IMG/VR virus record: IMGVR_UViG_3300031344_000005 | Location: 18,816 to 82,815 of that record | DNA: 64,000 bases | Source of the DNA: a virus | Direction: 5' to 3' (one strand) | In this document: positions 8,438 to 19,534 of the stretch, piece by piece | Layout of the letters: every line of letters starts with the position of its first letter | How positions within the stretch are numbered: the first letter of the stretch is position 1 | Translations under genes and position numbers: made by a program | The notes under the pieces: generated by a model | The model's database searches: none | What the model was told of the DNA's origin: nothing | What the model saw: only the letters and a program-made list of their open reading frames with translations

Positions 8438-9030
8438 TGCTGCAGGATCGTACCAGCCCGAGCGACGTGAAGGCCGAAGTGCCGTCCCTGTCGGGGCAGG
8501 TGCATCCCGAGCCCACCGTCAGGCGCAGCCTGGCCGATTCCCTGGTGCCCGCCATTGACCGGATCCGTCAGATCAAAACGGACCTCGGCTTTTCGCCATA
8601 TCGCGTCTTCTTGGTCCACTGGCGCTGGCCCGGCAAGCGCGGCATCGGGCGCCCGGTCGAAACCGCCCGGATCGAAATTCAGCCGACCCCTCGTGTCCAG
8701 GACATGCTCAGCACGTCCTTCGGCGTCTCGGCGTTCGGCCTGACGGAGGGCGGTGGGCTGTTTGTCGACCGCATCAGCGCACGATTCAGCGAGGCGGACC
8801 TGACGGGCCGCACGCCTGACCTGATGGACCCAGCGCGCCCGCAGACCAGCGCCAGCAACGCAGAGTTCTTCTGGGAGGTGCGGGAGACGCGCCGAACGAC
8901 GCCGCCGACGAAGCCCCGCCGCTACGCCGTGAGCGGCGTTCCAATGCTCAACAAGACGGGCCTCCACTGGCGCGTCAACCTGACCAAGCAGGACACATCC
9001 TGCGAAGTCGAGCCCGAGGTGGCGTCGTGA
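8437..9030 (+). CDS. Putative head-closure/neck protein
   Basis: Coupled gene in the neck cluster; beta-strand-like segments. Confidence 0.5.
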   Translation: MLQDRTSPSDVKAEVPSLSGQVHPEPTVRRSLADSLVPAIDRIRQIKTDLGFSPYRVFLVHWRWPGKRGIGRPVETARIEIQPTPRVQDMLSTSFGVSAFGLTEGGGLFVDRISARFSEADLTGRTPDLMDPARPQTSASNAEFFWEVRETRRTTPPTKPRRYAVSGVPMLNKTGLHWRVNLTKQDTSCEVEPEVAS

Positions 9031-9635
9031 TTCGCACGGTCCACATCCGCGACCTGGGCGGGTACGTGTCGAAGATGCCCAAGGAGCGCCACGCGGCGGC
9101 CGTGCGGGCCGTCCGCAGGTGCATGCGCAGCCGCGGGCGAGTCATCGTCAACGAGGAGATCAATGCGACGAAGCCACGGCCGCCCGTCGACCGCCGCACC
9201 TACGCGAACTCCTGGGAGACGCTAGCGATCGACGATGGCTGCCGCATCTATTCGACAGATCCCAAGGCGTCCGTCATCGACCGCGGCCGACGTCCTGGCT
9301 TCGGAATCGGCCGGGCCGGCATCGAGGCCCTGATGGGCTGGGTCCACCGGCACGGCATGGATACCGTGAGCCACCCGGCAGCCCAGCGAGTTTCTCAGCG
9401 GCAGATGTTGCAGCGGGCACTCGGTCAGCGCGTGATGACCCTCAGAGCCGCCAAGAGCGAACAGGTGGGAGCGGCTGCCCGTTCCATCGCGTACGCCATC
9501 GCGGCCGCCATCAAGAAGCGCGGTCTGTGGATGCCCAAGGGTCTGCAGGTATTCGCTCGCGCCAGCAAGCGCATCGTCGAGGAGTGCCGAACGGCCGTTC
9601 GGCGGGCTATCGCGGGCGCTGAGGGGGGCAACTGA
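9027..9635 (+). CDS. Putative neck/tail completion protein (HK97 gp10-like)
   Basis: Basic; PPVDRRTYANSW, GRRPG, AYAIAAAIKKRG motifs. Confidence 0.6.
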   Translation: MIRTVHIRDLGGYVSKMPKERHAAAVRAVRRCMRSRGRVIVNEEINATKPRPPVDRRTYANSWETLAIDDGCRIYSTDPKASVIDRGRRPGFGIGRAGIEALMGWVHRHGMDTVSHPAAQRVSQRQMLQRALGQRVMTLRAAKSEQVGAAARSIAYAIAAAIKKRGLWMPKGLQVFARASKRIVEECRTAVRRAIAGAEGGN

Positions 9636-10336
9636 TGTACGCCTCCCAATTCTTTCCCTTGGCCATCTGCGACGTGCGGGACGCCTGCGCGTTGGCTCTC
9701 AGTCGGGTCATCGAGGCCATTGACACTACGATTGGCGGCCAGCGCATCAAGTTCAACCACGTGTTCGATGAGTGGCCGACTCAGGACGACAAGTACGACC
9801 CACCGGCCGCCTGCGTGATCGCACCTCCCGAGTGGGAATACTCGGACAGCGGCGAGCCGAAGCTGTTGGAGGACACGGTTCAAAGCTTCACTACGGGCGC
9901 GGATGACCCGCCGTCCTACGGACTCTACAAGACGGCCGAAATGCTGGACCAGTTCGGGCTGCAGATTCGGGCAGGAAGCGCCGCCATGCGGTCCATGCTG
10001 AAGCTGGCCGTCGAGGACGCCTTTCAGCTTCGCGAAGCCGCCATGTACCCCCTGAGACAGCGGTACGGCCTGCAGTTGGATCTACCTGAGTATTGGGGAC
10101 TGACCGCACGCGCATCGCTGCTCAAGGGCAGCAACACCGATTCCGAGGACGCGGCCATGCGAAATCAGCGCGAGGCTTCGTTCGTGATTTCCATGCAGGC
10201 CCCCAAGGTGCAGCTCATGGCCATCTGGCCGATGAGCATCACCGTTACCGAGAAGACCTTCACGGGCGATGGGCGGCTCATCAATAGCGCCACCATCAAG
10301 CCCAGCGACGATCCGCCAACCATGACCAGGAGCTAA
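9635..10336 (+). CDS. Putative tail terminator protein
   Basis: Directly upstream of the sheath; VFDEWP...YDPPAACVI. Confidence 0.5.
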   Translation: MYASQFFPLAICDVRDACALALSRVIEAIDTTIGGQRIKFNHVFDEWPTQDDKYDPPAACVIAPPEWEYSDSGEPKLLEDTVQSFTTGADDPPSYGLYKTAEMLDQFGLQIRAGSAAMRSMLKLAVEDAFQLREAAMYPLRQRYGLQLDLPEYWGLTARASLLKGSNTDSEDAAMRNQREASFVISMQAPKVQLMAIWPMSITVTEKTFTGDGRLINSATIKPSDDPPTMTRS

Positions 10337-10339
10337 CCC

Positions 10340-12178
10340 ATGTTCATTTACCGCACAACCACGATGCCGACCCTGGCGAAGCTCACGGAACTGGAGCGCA
10401 TCGTCGCCGTCGACGGCGCAGGTCCCAACCAACCAGTGAGCGGCGGAACCGTCCGCGCTTGCGCGGTGGGCGAGTGCCTGCAGGGGCCGTTCGTTCCTAC
10501 GGTGGTCAACGCCCCCAGCGACATCGAGAACTACTTCGTTGGCGACCGCACCCGGTTCGCTCTGCTCAGCCAGAGCGGGTTCGACCCCGCGACGGCCGTG
10601 CAAGACGGATCCGGCGTGACGTTCGACGGCAACGTCTGGGCCGAACTGAAGGGCAAGACGTTCAGCGGGCTTGTGATTCAGCGGGTCGACTGCGACATGG
10701 TGACGGCGACGGCGTCGGTCACGACCAAGGCGTTCGTCGCCTTCACGCTCACGGTGAACTCCGCCGACTACACGACGGTCAGCAACGTCCAGTATACCAA
10801 CAAGGACATCGTGATTCCGTCGGGAACTCGGTTCTCCGATGCGGCCAACGTCGTGATCGCAACCTCTCAGCAGATCACGATCCCAACTGGAACCATCATC
10901 ACGACTGGCGCGCTGGCGCTTGCCATCAGCTTCACGCAGAACGCAGCGTCGGGCGCTCTGACGTACGTTGCCTCGGGTGCAACGACTGGCGCCACCTGTT
11001 TTTTCGTCAAGGGCACCACGAAGGCCATCGCCGGCATCAATACGGCAGTCGACGTCGTGTTGCCAGGCGTGAACGCCGGCACGGTGATTGCGGCTTCTGG
11101 TGTGTCGACCATCAACATCACACCCGCCGCCACCGCCATCTTCGCCCCGACGGGCGGCGGGGCGGCTCCGAGCGGCGACACCCTGTCCAACCGCATCATC
11201 CTGAACTACCCCGCAGCCATCACGAAGACGCTGCCGGGTGTGGCGGCCACGAACGACATCGTGGCCATCTGGTCGGCTCGCAACTACCAGTCCAGCACGG
11301 CAGACACCGGCAAGACCATGCGGGCGAACCTTTGGGCCAACGCCATCGCAGCGAGTACCACAGGCCGTGGGCGCGCCGCCTGTGTGACGGGTGCTCCAGT
11401 GGTGGGAATCACCGCGAGCGACCAGACGACCGCCAAGGGCCTCTACGAGGCAATCATCGGCACCACCGACACCATCACGGGCGCCGACGCAGACCGCTAC
11501 TGGCTCAGCGGTCCCTACATCCAGGTCTTCAGCAGCGAGCTGAACGCCGACATCGTCATCAGCGTCTGTGGCACCCGGGCCTGCATGAAGGTCAATCTGG
11601 CGAACGCCGGCAAGTCCGAATACCAGACGAGCGTGGGGAGCCCGGAGAACGACAGCATCCAGGCCGTCGACGCCCAGGAGCCCTGCTTCGCCGCCAACCC
11701 GATGGTCGAGGCGGACTTCACCGCCATGAAGGCCGCGGGGGTCGCGTGGTTCGTGAAGGATCGTACGGCCGGCTGGTGGTTCTACAGCGGCGTGACGGGC
11801 GCGAATCGCATCACCTACCAGAACCGCGTGTCCGACAACCGCCGCAGCTTTGCGGACGAGATCCAGGACATGATCTTCGGGCTCGGGACGCCGTACTCGA
11901 AGAAGCCCGGTACGCCACAGCGAGCCGACTCCTACATGCAGGACATCACGGCATATGTGGACATGCTGGTGAAGCCTCCGATCGGTGACAGCCGTGCCAT
12001 GGCGGCCACTGTGCTCGACGGCGCGGCGGCGGGCAACAGTCAATATCTCAACGCCCACGGCGTCTATCTGTTCGAGACCGACGTGGCGATGTACGGCGAC
12101 ATGAACGCCATCGTCATCAAGACCATGATCGGTCCCAACGTCATCATCAGCCAGGCCACCTCTCAGGCCGGCACGTAA
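10340..12178 (+). CDS. Contractile tail sheath protein
   Basis: N-terminal ACAVGECLQGPFVPTVV and C-terminal NRRSFADEIQD...AIVIKTMIG; 612 aa followed by the tube gene. Confidence 0.85.
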   Translation: MFIYRTTTMPTLAKLTELERIVAVDGAGPNQPVSGGTVRACAVGECLQGPFVPTVVNAPSDIENYFVGDRTRFALLSQSGFDPATAVQDGSGVTFDGNVWAELKGKTFSGLVIQRVDCDMVTATASVTTKAFVAFTLTVNSADYTTVSNVQYTNKDIVIPSGTRFSDAANVVIATSQQITIPTGTIITTGALALAISFTQNAASGALTYVASGATTGATCFFVKGTTKAIAGINTAVDVVLPGVNAGTVIAASGVSTINITPAATAIFAPTGGGAAPSGDTLSNRIILNYPAAITKTLPGVAATNDIVAIWSARNYQSSTADTGKTMRANLWANAIAASTTGRGRAACVTGAPVVGITASDQTTAKGLYEAIIGTTDTITGADADRYWLSGPYIQVFSSELNADIVISVCGTRACMKVNLANAGKSEYQTSVGSPENDSIQAVDAQEPCFAANPMVEADFTAMKAAGVAWFVKDRTAGWWFYSGVTGANRITYQNRVSDNRRSFADEIQDMIFGLGTPYSKKPGTPQRADSYMQDITAYVDMLVKPPIGDSRAMAATVLDGAAAGNSQYLNAHGVYLFETDVAMYGDMNAIVIKTMIGPNVIISQATSQAGT

Positions 12179-12187
12179 GGAGCTACC

Positions 12188-12634
12188 ATGGCGACTGACT
12201 ATCGAGTTCTCGGCCGAGACACGAACATCCGGATCACCCAGAGCGGTATCCTGCTGACCGAGATCACGGCCATCAAGAATCTGGACTTCGGGCCCGAGTT
12301 GACTTTGCTGTCCGAGGGCTTCCTGGGCGAGTCTGCCGAGCGCCACCGGGAAGTCTTCAAGTCGGTGGACGTCAACTTTGTCGTCGAACCCGAAGGCGAG
12401 TCAATCTTCCAACTGCAGTATGCGATCTACCAGCGGGCGCGAAGCGGCCAGGCGAACGATCTGCAGATCAACCTGGGGTACAGGATTCAATTCCCGTCCG
12501 GGACCATCTTCCGCATGACCCTGCCGGACCTGCGGTTCAGCGACCCCGGCAAGCTCGCGAACGCGGGCCGCGAGTCGTTCCTCTCGCAGTCCTTCGCGGC
12601 CAAGACCGACCGCTACATTCCCAACTTCACCTGA
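12188..12634 (+). CDS. Tail tube protein
   Basis: 148 aa beta-rich protein between sheath and chaperone; AAGGAG RBS. Confidence 0.8.
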   Translation: MATDYRVLGRDTNIRITQSGILLTEITAIKNLDFGPELTLLSEGFLGESAERHREVFKSVDVNFVVEPEGESIFQLQYAIYQRARSGQANDLQINLGYRIQFPSGTIFRMTLPDLRFSDPGKLANAGRESFLSQSFAAKTDRYIPNFT

Positions 12635-12661
12635 TCCCCCAACCCGACATAGGAGGCCACC

Positions 12662-13060
12662 ATGTCCGATCCACTGAACCTAGGGATGCAAGCTGCGGCA
12701 GCGATCGCAGCCTTGCCCCGCACGACCTTCACGGTCCCCGAAACCGCTCGCACCGCCACGGACCCCAAGACCGTCACGATTCGCCAACTGACGTTCGCCG
12801 AAGAGAAGGCGGCTCTGGAGGCCAAGGGGCACGGCGGCCACTCGTTCGAGTACGAGGGCGCCAAGCGGGCGCTCTGTGCCATTGACGGCCAGCCCATCAC
12901 GTGGACCGACAACCAGATCGAGAACGTCTTCATGGGCCTGTCGAACAAGGTGCGCGACATGGTGATCCGTGGCTTCTCCCTCGTCTGCCTGCCGAGCCAG
13001 AAAGAGGCGGACGATTTTTTAGCCAGCGCGAGCGCCACGGACTCAGCGAACAACTCCTAG
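12662..13060 (+). CDS. Tail assembly chaperone (gpG-like)
   Basis: VTIRQLTFAEEK motif; between tube and TMP; contains a slippery heptamer. Confidence 0.8.
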   Translation: MSDPLNLGMQAAAAIAALPRTTFTVPETARTATDPKTVTIRQLTFAEEKAALEAKGHGGHSFEYEGAKRALCAIDGQPITWTDNQIENVFMGLSNKVRDMVIRGFSLVCLPSQKEADDFLASASATDSANNS

Positions 13061-13209
13061 ACGCCCTATGGGACGACGTCGTCTATATAGCTCGATACGC
13101 ACACCAGGACTTCGACAAGATACTCAGCCGACCGCGTTCTGAAATCATCAAGATCAAAGAAGCCCTCGGGCGGCTGGTGGACCAAGAGAACAACAAGAAA
13201 CCCACCTAA
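13015..13209 (+). CDS. -1 frameshift extension of the tail chaperone (gpGT-like)
   Basis: T TTT TTA at 13015-13021 in the zero frame; the -1 frame stays open to 13209 (LWDDVVYIARYAHQDF...). Confidence 0.8.
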   Translation, partial: FFSQRERHGLSEQLLDALWDDVVYIARYAHQDFDKILSRPRSEIIKIKEALGRLVDQENNKKPT

Positions 13210-13215
13210 GCCGCC

Positions 13216-15048
13216 ATGAGCGAGAATACGACACAGGTTGAGGGCCTAGACTTTACGGTCAAGGACCACGCGACGCCGGCCGCCGAGCACATGGCGAAGG
13301 CGTTCGAGCACGTCCACCACGCGGCCTCGGCTACGACCCAGAAGTTCAGTCAGATGACCCACAGCGCCGCCATGTCGGGCCTCGCCATGGTGGGACTTGG
13401 GTTCGGGTTCCGCGAGGTGGCGAAGTTCGCGGGCGACGCCAACCTGGAGCTTGAGAACGCGGTCAAGAGGATCGCGGGCGTTCAGTTCACGTTCGGCCAC
13501 TGGAAGGCCGGCACGACGGCACAGGAGAAGTGGAACGAGTCGCTGACGGAGGGGAATGAGATCGTCGGCAAGTTGGAGGCGTCCGAGGGCAAGCTGAAGA
13601 TGAAACGGGCCGAGTTGGCCGAGGTTTACTCGTCTCAGGCGATGATGTCGGAGCGCTACCACCAGACGCAGGCGCAGCAGATCGATCTGACCGAGAAGCT
13701 TGGCGCTACGCAGAAGGTGCTGGGCATCAGCGCGGAGGCGGCGGGCGACATGATCGGCCGCGCCGCCATGACGGGCGCCATTCCACTGCGCAGCCATCTT
13801 GGACGCCAACTCGCCAGCAGCATCGGGGATCTGAAGAAGTTCAAGCACGCCTCCGAGGCGGTGCGGTTCGAGAAGCTCAAGAAGGCGCTGGGCGACATGA
13901 TGCCGGCGGCCGAAGGGATGGGGAAGGGACTGGCGGGTTCCATGTTCGACGTGCGCAAAGCCGTAGAGGATCTCACGCGGGATCTGACGGGAGGCGTCTT
14001 CAAGCAAGTCACGAAGGACTTCGCCGACTGGGCGCACAAGCTGACAGACGTGCGGGAGAGCGGCCAGAGCGTCGCGAAGGTTTGGGGCGAGAAGCTCGTG
14101 ACGGATTTCGGCTACCTGAAGGACGCGACGGCATTCATCGCCGATCATTGGAAGGCCATTGCCGGCATCTTCGTGGCCACCAAGTTTGCGGGTACCATGC
14201 AGGGGCTGGCGGGGCGCTTCGGGGCTGGGGGCGTAGCGGGGGCGGCCGGGGGAGCGGCGGCGGGTGCCGGGCTGGCCGGCGTGATGAACGTGAAGGCCGG
14301 TACCGTGAACGTCCAGGGAGGCGCAGCGGCGGCACTGGGGGCCACCACGGCTTCCGAGATTGGGGCGAAACTCAAACCCAGCTTGTCGGAGACCGTCACC
14401 AAATTCAGTAACATGGCGGCCAGGGTCGGAATAGTCACAGAGGCCCTTGGGGGGCTCTACATTGGTCTGGACGCTCTCGCCAAGTGGGCACTGTCGAAGC
14501 AAGACGAGGGCATGGCCAGGAGCGCGGCGGCTCCGCGGGCTATGTCATCGCTCACCGCTGGTGCTAAGGCCATGTCGTCCGCACTGCATGAGGAATCGGT
14601 CGAGAAGACATTCGGCCACCTAAAGTCGGCCTTTGAAGCCTACGGCCTGAAGCCTGGGCAGATGCTCGACCGGGCGACGCTGTCCGCCGAATTGCGAGCG
14701 ATGGAGCCTGGTCTCGCGGCCAAGCAGATCGCCATGTACGGCATCAAGGGCGCTTCCGCCAAGAGCGTCCAGGCCCCTGGCATGTTGGACGAGGCCGCCG
14801 GCAGGATCACGACGCTCCTGAACAACTATGCCGCGCAGTTGTTGGCGGCGAATCCCGATCTGGCCAAGGGAGTCTCACAGCGGAAGACCACGGCCGCACC
14901 CGTGACGAACATCAACGTCCAGCACCTCGAAATCACCCAGGACTTCAAGCAAGCCGATCCTGACCGCGTCTTCCACAACGTCCCGCGAGACATCGCCGAC
15001 ATGGTCCGCAACCCGCGCGGCAGCAACATCGGGGCGGTGTCAGGATGA
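13216..15048 (+). CDS. Tape measure protein
   Basis: 610 aa, Ala/Gly-rich and helical; follows the chaperone pair. Confidence 0.85.
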   Translation: MSENTTQVEGLDFTVKDHATPAAEHMAKAFEHVHHAASATTQKFSQMTHSAAMSGLAMVGLGFGFREVAKFAGDANLELENAVKRIAGVQFTFGHWKAGTTAQEKWNESLTEGNEIVGKLEASEGKLKMKRAELAEVYSSQAMMSERYHQTQAQQIDLTEKLGATQKVLGISAEAAGDMIGRAAMTGAIPLRSHLGRQLASSIGDLKKFKHASEAVRFEKLKKALGDMMPAAEGMGKGLAGSMFDVRKAVEDLTRDLTGGVFKQVTKDFADWAHKLTDVRESGQSVAKVWGEKLVTDFGYLKDATAFIADHWKAIAGIFVATKFAGTMQGLAGRFGAGGVAGAAGGAAAGAGLAGVMNVKAGTVNVQGGAAAALGATTASEIGAKLKPSLSETVTKFSNMAARVGIVTEALGGLYIGLDALAKWALSKQDEGMARSAAAPRAMSSLTAGAKAMSSALHEESVEKTFGHLKSAFEAYGLKPGQMLDRATLSAELRAMEPGLAAKQIAMYGIKGASAKSVQAPGMLDEAAGRITTLLNNYAAQLLAANPDLAKGVSQRKTTAAPVTNINVQHLEITQDFKQADPDRVFHNVPRDIADMVRNPRGSNIGAVSG

Positions 15049-16349
15049 CGACCTTCGCCGAACTGAATGCGCAGGGCGACGCCGCCGACAAGGACTCGAC
15101 GGCGCAGGGCCATATCCAGATCATCCCGCTCGAAGGCACCCTGCCGACCATCGACCTATGGGCCGACGCCATGCCGTTCAAAGGCATGGAGTTCGCGGGC
15201 GAGCAGCGGATCTCGACGAAATACTACGTTGGCAACCCGGTGGCGACACAGCAGATCGGCGGTCCCATCAAGACCCCCAGTACATGGATGGGGCATTGGA
15301 TGGACGTCGACCTGGGCGAAGGCGGGGCCCGTGCGTTGGTGCTGCAGTTCGAGAACCTGCGCGACCTCGGGATCCCGGTGGAGGTGCGGTGGGGCGGCCG
15401 AAATCTCGCGGCCGGCGAAGACCCCGCGGTGGTTCGTCGCGGGCTCATCAAAAAATTCACGCCGAAGTACAACCGCCTCCAAGACATCGAATGGTCCTGT
15501 GAGTGGGAATGGCGGGGCGAAACCCTGCAGACCAAGCCGCCGACGTTCGCGTCAGATGCCTTCGCGACCAGCCAAGACTTCTCGGCGCTGCGGGAGCAAC
15601 TGGCCGAAACACAGGACGAAACGACGTCCTGGAGAGACGTTGCGTGGGACATCCTGGGCACTGGCGCCAACGCCATGTTGACCGTCTCGGATGCGCTGGA
15701 CGATGTACAGAGTTCCATCGCCGCGGCCATCGACGTGGTGGACGGGGCGAGCGACATGTTGTCGCAGGTCGCCAGTCTGCCAAGTGACATTGCCGACCGC
15801 ATGCGCGGTGTCTGCGCTCGCGTGGTGATTGCGTGTGCCAATGGTCGCGCGGCCGTAGGGGATTTCTGCGGGCTCTGGCCCGGCGTCGAGGGCATCGCGA
15901 TTGGGGTGGACATCACGGAGGCCGGCATGTTCATCCGCCGGCAGGCCGGTATGGCGAAGCTCGCGATGTTCCCGCATGACAACCCCATGGAGCACCTCGA
16001 CGGCCAAACGGCTCAATACGACCTGATCCGGTCTTGGGACCTGCTGGCCCAGCAGGCGGCGGTGGCCTCCGCGACGCTTGCGAGTCAGCAGGTCCCAGAC
16101 ATTATCGCGACCGTGCGACCGCCAGCCGGCACTGACCTGCGGGACCTCGCCGTCAAATACTACGGCAATGCAGATCTGTGGATCTTGATTGCCGACTACA
16201 ACGACCTTGACAGCTCGGAGGTACCGGCGACGCCAGCCGGCGTGAGCGACAACGGCGCGCCGCCGATCTATATCCCGCGACAGACAGCATTTGTCGCGAT
16301 GCTAAATGAACTATGGGGCAGCGGCGGCGCTACGGGGGCCTCGCCATGA
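15045..16349 (+). CDS. Baseplate/tail tube initiator with C-terminal LysM-like domain
   Basis: After TMP; DLRDLAVKYYGNADLWILIADYNDL is LysM/gpX-like. Confidence 0.7.
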   Translation: MTTFAELNAQGDAADKDSTAQGHIQIIPLEGTLPTIDLWADAMPFKGMEFAGEQRISTKYYVGNPVATQQIGGPIKTPSTWMGHWMDVDLGEGGARALVLQFENLRDLGIPVEVRWGGRNLAAGEDPAVVRRGLIKKFTPKYNRLQDIEWSCEWEWRGETLQTKPPTFASDAFATSQDFSALREQLAETQDETTSWRDVAWDILGTGANAMLTVSDALDDVQSSIAAAIDVVDGASDMLSQVASLPSDIADRMRGVCARVVIACANGRAAVGDFCGLWPGVEGIAIGVDITEAGMFIRRQAGMAKLAMFPHDNPMEHLDGQTAQYDLIRSWDLLAQQAAVASATLASQQVPDIIATVRPPAGTDLRDLAVKYYGNADLWILIADYNDLDSSEVPATPAGVSDNGAPPIYIPRQTAFVAMLNELWGSGGATGASP

Positions 16350-18496
16350 GCCAGTCACAGCCCCGCCTTTACCGGCCAGCGTGGTTTCTGCGTTTCCATG
16401 TGCGTCTAGAGGACTTCGGCCAGACCGACGAGTCCGACGCCCAGGACGGCTCGAAGCCCTACACGGACGCCAAAGCGACGCAACTCCAGCTATCGAGCGA
16501 CACCGAGACTCTGCTGGCCCAGCAGGCGGCGGCTGGCGGGTACAGAAAGTCAAGTCAGATCGGCCTGCTGAAACTATCGAGCGGGCTGCGTCGGGACGCC
16601 GCCAGGGTCGGCGCCAAGTCATCGGCGGGCGATGGTGGCAAGGCCGATCCGTTCTCGGTGGAGTTCGTCACGGCCCCCATGGAGCTGTCGATCGAAGACA
16701 AGGGCTTCCGCGAGGCGGACGTTCTGGAGGCCAGCTTCCCCTTCATCGACATGCCGCTCAACCCGCTAATCGTTCGCGAGATTCGCGTCGAGGGCTGGGT
16801 CGGGACCGTGAAGGCCGCCGACTTTGCGACCCCGCAGAACTGGCACCTGGAGCCGCGGATGTCGAAGACCAGCGTGCTGCGGTTCAACGGGTACGTGGAC
16901 TTGCCCGAGATGGAAGCCGACGAGAACGCCAACACGGTGCACATCAAGGCCCGCAGCTACATCTCGGTGCTCATCGACGGCAAGATCAATCCGCACGCCA
17001 AGGCGTACCGGATCCAAGGGAAAGAAGAACTGCTGACCGCCTACATCAACCGCATCCTGTCGCTGTACCCGCCGACATCGGGCGACACTGGCGGCGACCC
17101 TTTCCGCGCCTACTGGTACGCGAGCCCGTCCGAGAAAGAGCCGACGCTGAGCCGCAAGACCCTGTTGCGGTCGCTTCAGAGCGCGAAGAGCCGCAACCAA
17201 GCGGCCGGGCAATCACCCGGCAGCGACAGCAGTGCGCAGCCGGACCCCGCGGGCGAAGCCCCCGATCCAGCCGGGCTGGGTGACGCTGCCAGCGGTGGCG
17301 CACCGGCGATGCCTCCCAAGGCCGTGAGCGAAGAAGGAATTTCGATCTGGGATCTCATCACGCAGGCGTGCGAGCTGTGCGGTGTGCTCCCGATGTACAA
17401 GCCGAGCCTGCCGCCGTTCAAGGGGCCAGATGGGAAAGACATCGATCCCGTCAACTGCCTGCTCGTCACCCCGCCGGAAGCGTTCTTCGATGATATTTCG
17501 AGCGCCGTGCAGATCGCTGGCGGTGCGCGGGACGGCTTCACACGCGACTTCAGCCTTGAGACAGGCGGCGCGTTTACCTCGGACGTCCGCTTCATGGTGT
17601 GGGGACAGAACCTCAGCAAGATGAAGCTAGCCCGTCAGATGGGGAAGGTACGTCCAACCGCCGTCGAGGTGCGCGGCTACAACATCGACGCCAGCGACAA
17701 AGGCGGCGAGATGGTGGCGCGCTTCCCAGCCCACAATCCCAGGAAGCCCAAGGGCAAGGGACGCTCGGCGCACAAGATGACCGAGAAGGGCGGCGGGAAA
17801 ATCGATGCGATCCGCACGTTCGTCTTGAAGGGCATTCGCAGTCCGCAGATGCTCATGGACGCCGCCAAGTCCATCTATCACCAACTCTGCCGGCCCGAGC
17901 TGACCATGAGCTTGGAGACCGACGAACTGGCCAGCTACATCGACCCCGCAGCGTCCATGCAGGCGGGTACGCTGGTCGAGAACCACAACGACAACCCCGA
18001 CATCCTGCGACTTTGTGCCGGCACGCCCGTACATGTCGTGGTGGCGAAGAAGTCGAAAGATCCCAACAACCTCACGATCTGCAGCCTCTCAGAATTCTAC
18101 GACCTGAAGGGCGACCAGATCGTAGAGCTGCTGACCAAACAAAACGACCGCTGGGGTGCCTTCCACACCGACGGGACACTCGACCAGCAAGGCATCGAAG
18201 CCACGGCGCAGAAGATTCAGGCGGCGTACCGGGCGGCCAAGCTCCCGAGCGTCTACTACTGCAAGGCCGTTCGCTTGCAGTTCAAGGCGGACGATGAGTT
18301 CTTTCACTGTTCGATGGAGCTGGCGAACTACATGCCGACGAATGACCCGGCCAACATGGATGCCGACACGCATGCCCTAAACGACGAGCGCAGGATGAAG
18401 CCAACGTCGTCGGCCGCCAGGCGGGCGGCAGCACAAGCCAAACAGTCAGACGACATCACGAACCGAGCTGCGCGCCAGTCTTCGGGGGGTGTCTGA
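16346..18496 (+). CDS. Baseplate hub protein
   Basis: ATGA-coupled start MSQSQPRLY; ISIWDLITQACELCG; precedes the spike. Confidence 0.65.
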   Translation: MSQSQPRLYRPAWFLRFHVRLEDFGQTDESDAQDGSKPYTDAKATQLQLSSDTETLLAQQAAAGGYRKSSQIGLLKLSSGLRRDAARVGAKSSAGDGGKADPFSVEFVTAPMELSIEDKGFREADVLEASFPFIDMPLNPLIVREIRVEGWVGTVKAADFATPQNWHLEPRMSKTSVLRFNGYVDLPEMEADENANTVHIKARSYISVLIDGKINPHAKAYRIQGKEELLTAYINRILSLYPPTSGDTGGDPFRAYWYASPSEKEPTLSRKTLLRSLQSAKSRNQAAGQSPGSDSSAQPDPAGEAPDPAGLGDAASGGAPAMPPKAVSEEGISIWDLITQACELCGVLPMYKPSLPPFKGPDGKDIDPVNCLLVTPPEAFFDDISSAVQIAGGARDGFTRDFSLETGGAFTSDVRFMVWGQNLSKMKLARQMGKVRPTAVEVRGYNIDASDKGGEMVARFPAHNPRKPKGKGRSAHKMTEKGGGKIDAIRTFVLKGIRSPQMLMDAAKSIYHQLCRPELTMSLETDELASYIDPAASMQAGTLVENHNDNPDILRLCAGTPVHVVVAKKSKDPNNLTICSLSEFYDLKGDQIVELLTKQNDRWGAFHTDGTLDQQGIEATAQKIQAAYRAAKLPSVYYCKAVRLQFKADDEFFHCSMELANYMPTNDPANMDADTHALNDERRMKPTSSAARRAAAQAKQSDDITNRAARQSSGGV

Positions 18497-19272
18497 TGGG
18501 CCACGCATTCGGCACCGAGATCCGGCGCAACATCGACGCCAAGGCGCTCGGCAAGGCCATCTCGGCGCCGGGCCTCGACCTGCGGTACTGGTGCAGTCTT
18601 GCCGTGGTCTGCACCCACGATCCCGAGACGGGCGAAAAGGACCTGACCGACAAGCTCGCCATCTACAACGACAGCGCAGGCGTGGACGTCGACGTGGAGT
18701 TGCAGCCGCTTGGCCAGCCCTGTACGTGCAAGTACGCCGGCATCCAGGCCGGCGACGTGACGATTTGCGCGCCCATTCGGCCCGGTGACATCGTATTGGT
18801 GGAGTGCCCGGACGGCGACCTGTACACGCCCGTCATCACGCACATCGTGCACAGCCGAGCGAAGCGCCAGCCGACAGAGGACGGGAAACCCATCTTCGAC
18901 AACAACCGCCTGCTCATCTATGCCAAGAACGTTCCGATTGACATTCGCACGGCCGGCGGTGTGCGGATGCTGCTTGATCAAGATGGCAATGTGAACGTCA
19001 CGGCATCCACCGTCACCACCACCGCCACGACGTTCACCACCAAGGCCGAGACCAAGCTGGGCGATGAGAATGCTTCACAGCACGTGATGCACGGCGAATT
19101 GTTCACGACCGACTTGTCTGCCGCTCTCACCGCGATTCTGGCGGACCTAGTTCTGGCGTTTACGATGCTGGGGCTAACTCCGCCGGGGCCAACGTCCACG
19201 GATCCCGTCACACAGGTGCTCACCGGTATCGCGTCCGGCACCTATCTCGCGACGAAAGTGACCGCCACATGA
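18496..19272 (+). CDS. Baseplate central spike (gpV/gp45-like)
   Basis: OB-fold-like [16 protein letters not shown] followed by beta-helix-like T-rich strands. Confidence 0.7.
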   Translation: MGHAFGTEIRRNIDAKALGKAISAPGLDLRYWCSLAVVCTHDPETGEKDLTDKLAIYNDSAGVDVDVELQPLGQPCTCKYAGIQAGDVTICAPIRPGDIVLVECPDGDLYTPVITHIVHSRAKRQPTEDGKPIFDNNRLLIYAKNVPIDIRTAGGVRMLLDQDGNVNVTASTVTTTATTFTTKAETKLGDENASQHVMHGELFTTDLSAALTAILADLVLAFTMLGLTPPGPTSTDPVTQVLTGIASGTYLATKVTAT

Positions 19273-19534
19273 GCGCCGCGGGGAATGCCATCGGGACGGC
19301 CATCGTAGCCTACGAGAAAACGGCGTTAGCTGCGTTCGTGGCTGCGCGCAAGCCAGGGCCCTATTCGGCGGCCGAGTTGGTTCAACTGCAATTGATCCGG
19401 AATCAAGCCGACGGCAACGCCATTGTGGACAATCTGCCGTCTTCGCAGGGCGGCAGCGGGGCGTCCAACTGGGACGGTGGGCAGGCAAACACCAATTACG
19501 GCGGCATGCCTTCGATCAATGGGGGCAACGTCTA

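Noticed and set aside
10082-12346. 754-aa antisense ORF and 509-aa alternate-frame ORF over the sheath
   Set aside because: Shadow ORFs of a strongly biased gene; no protein-like motifs.
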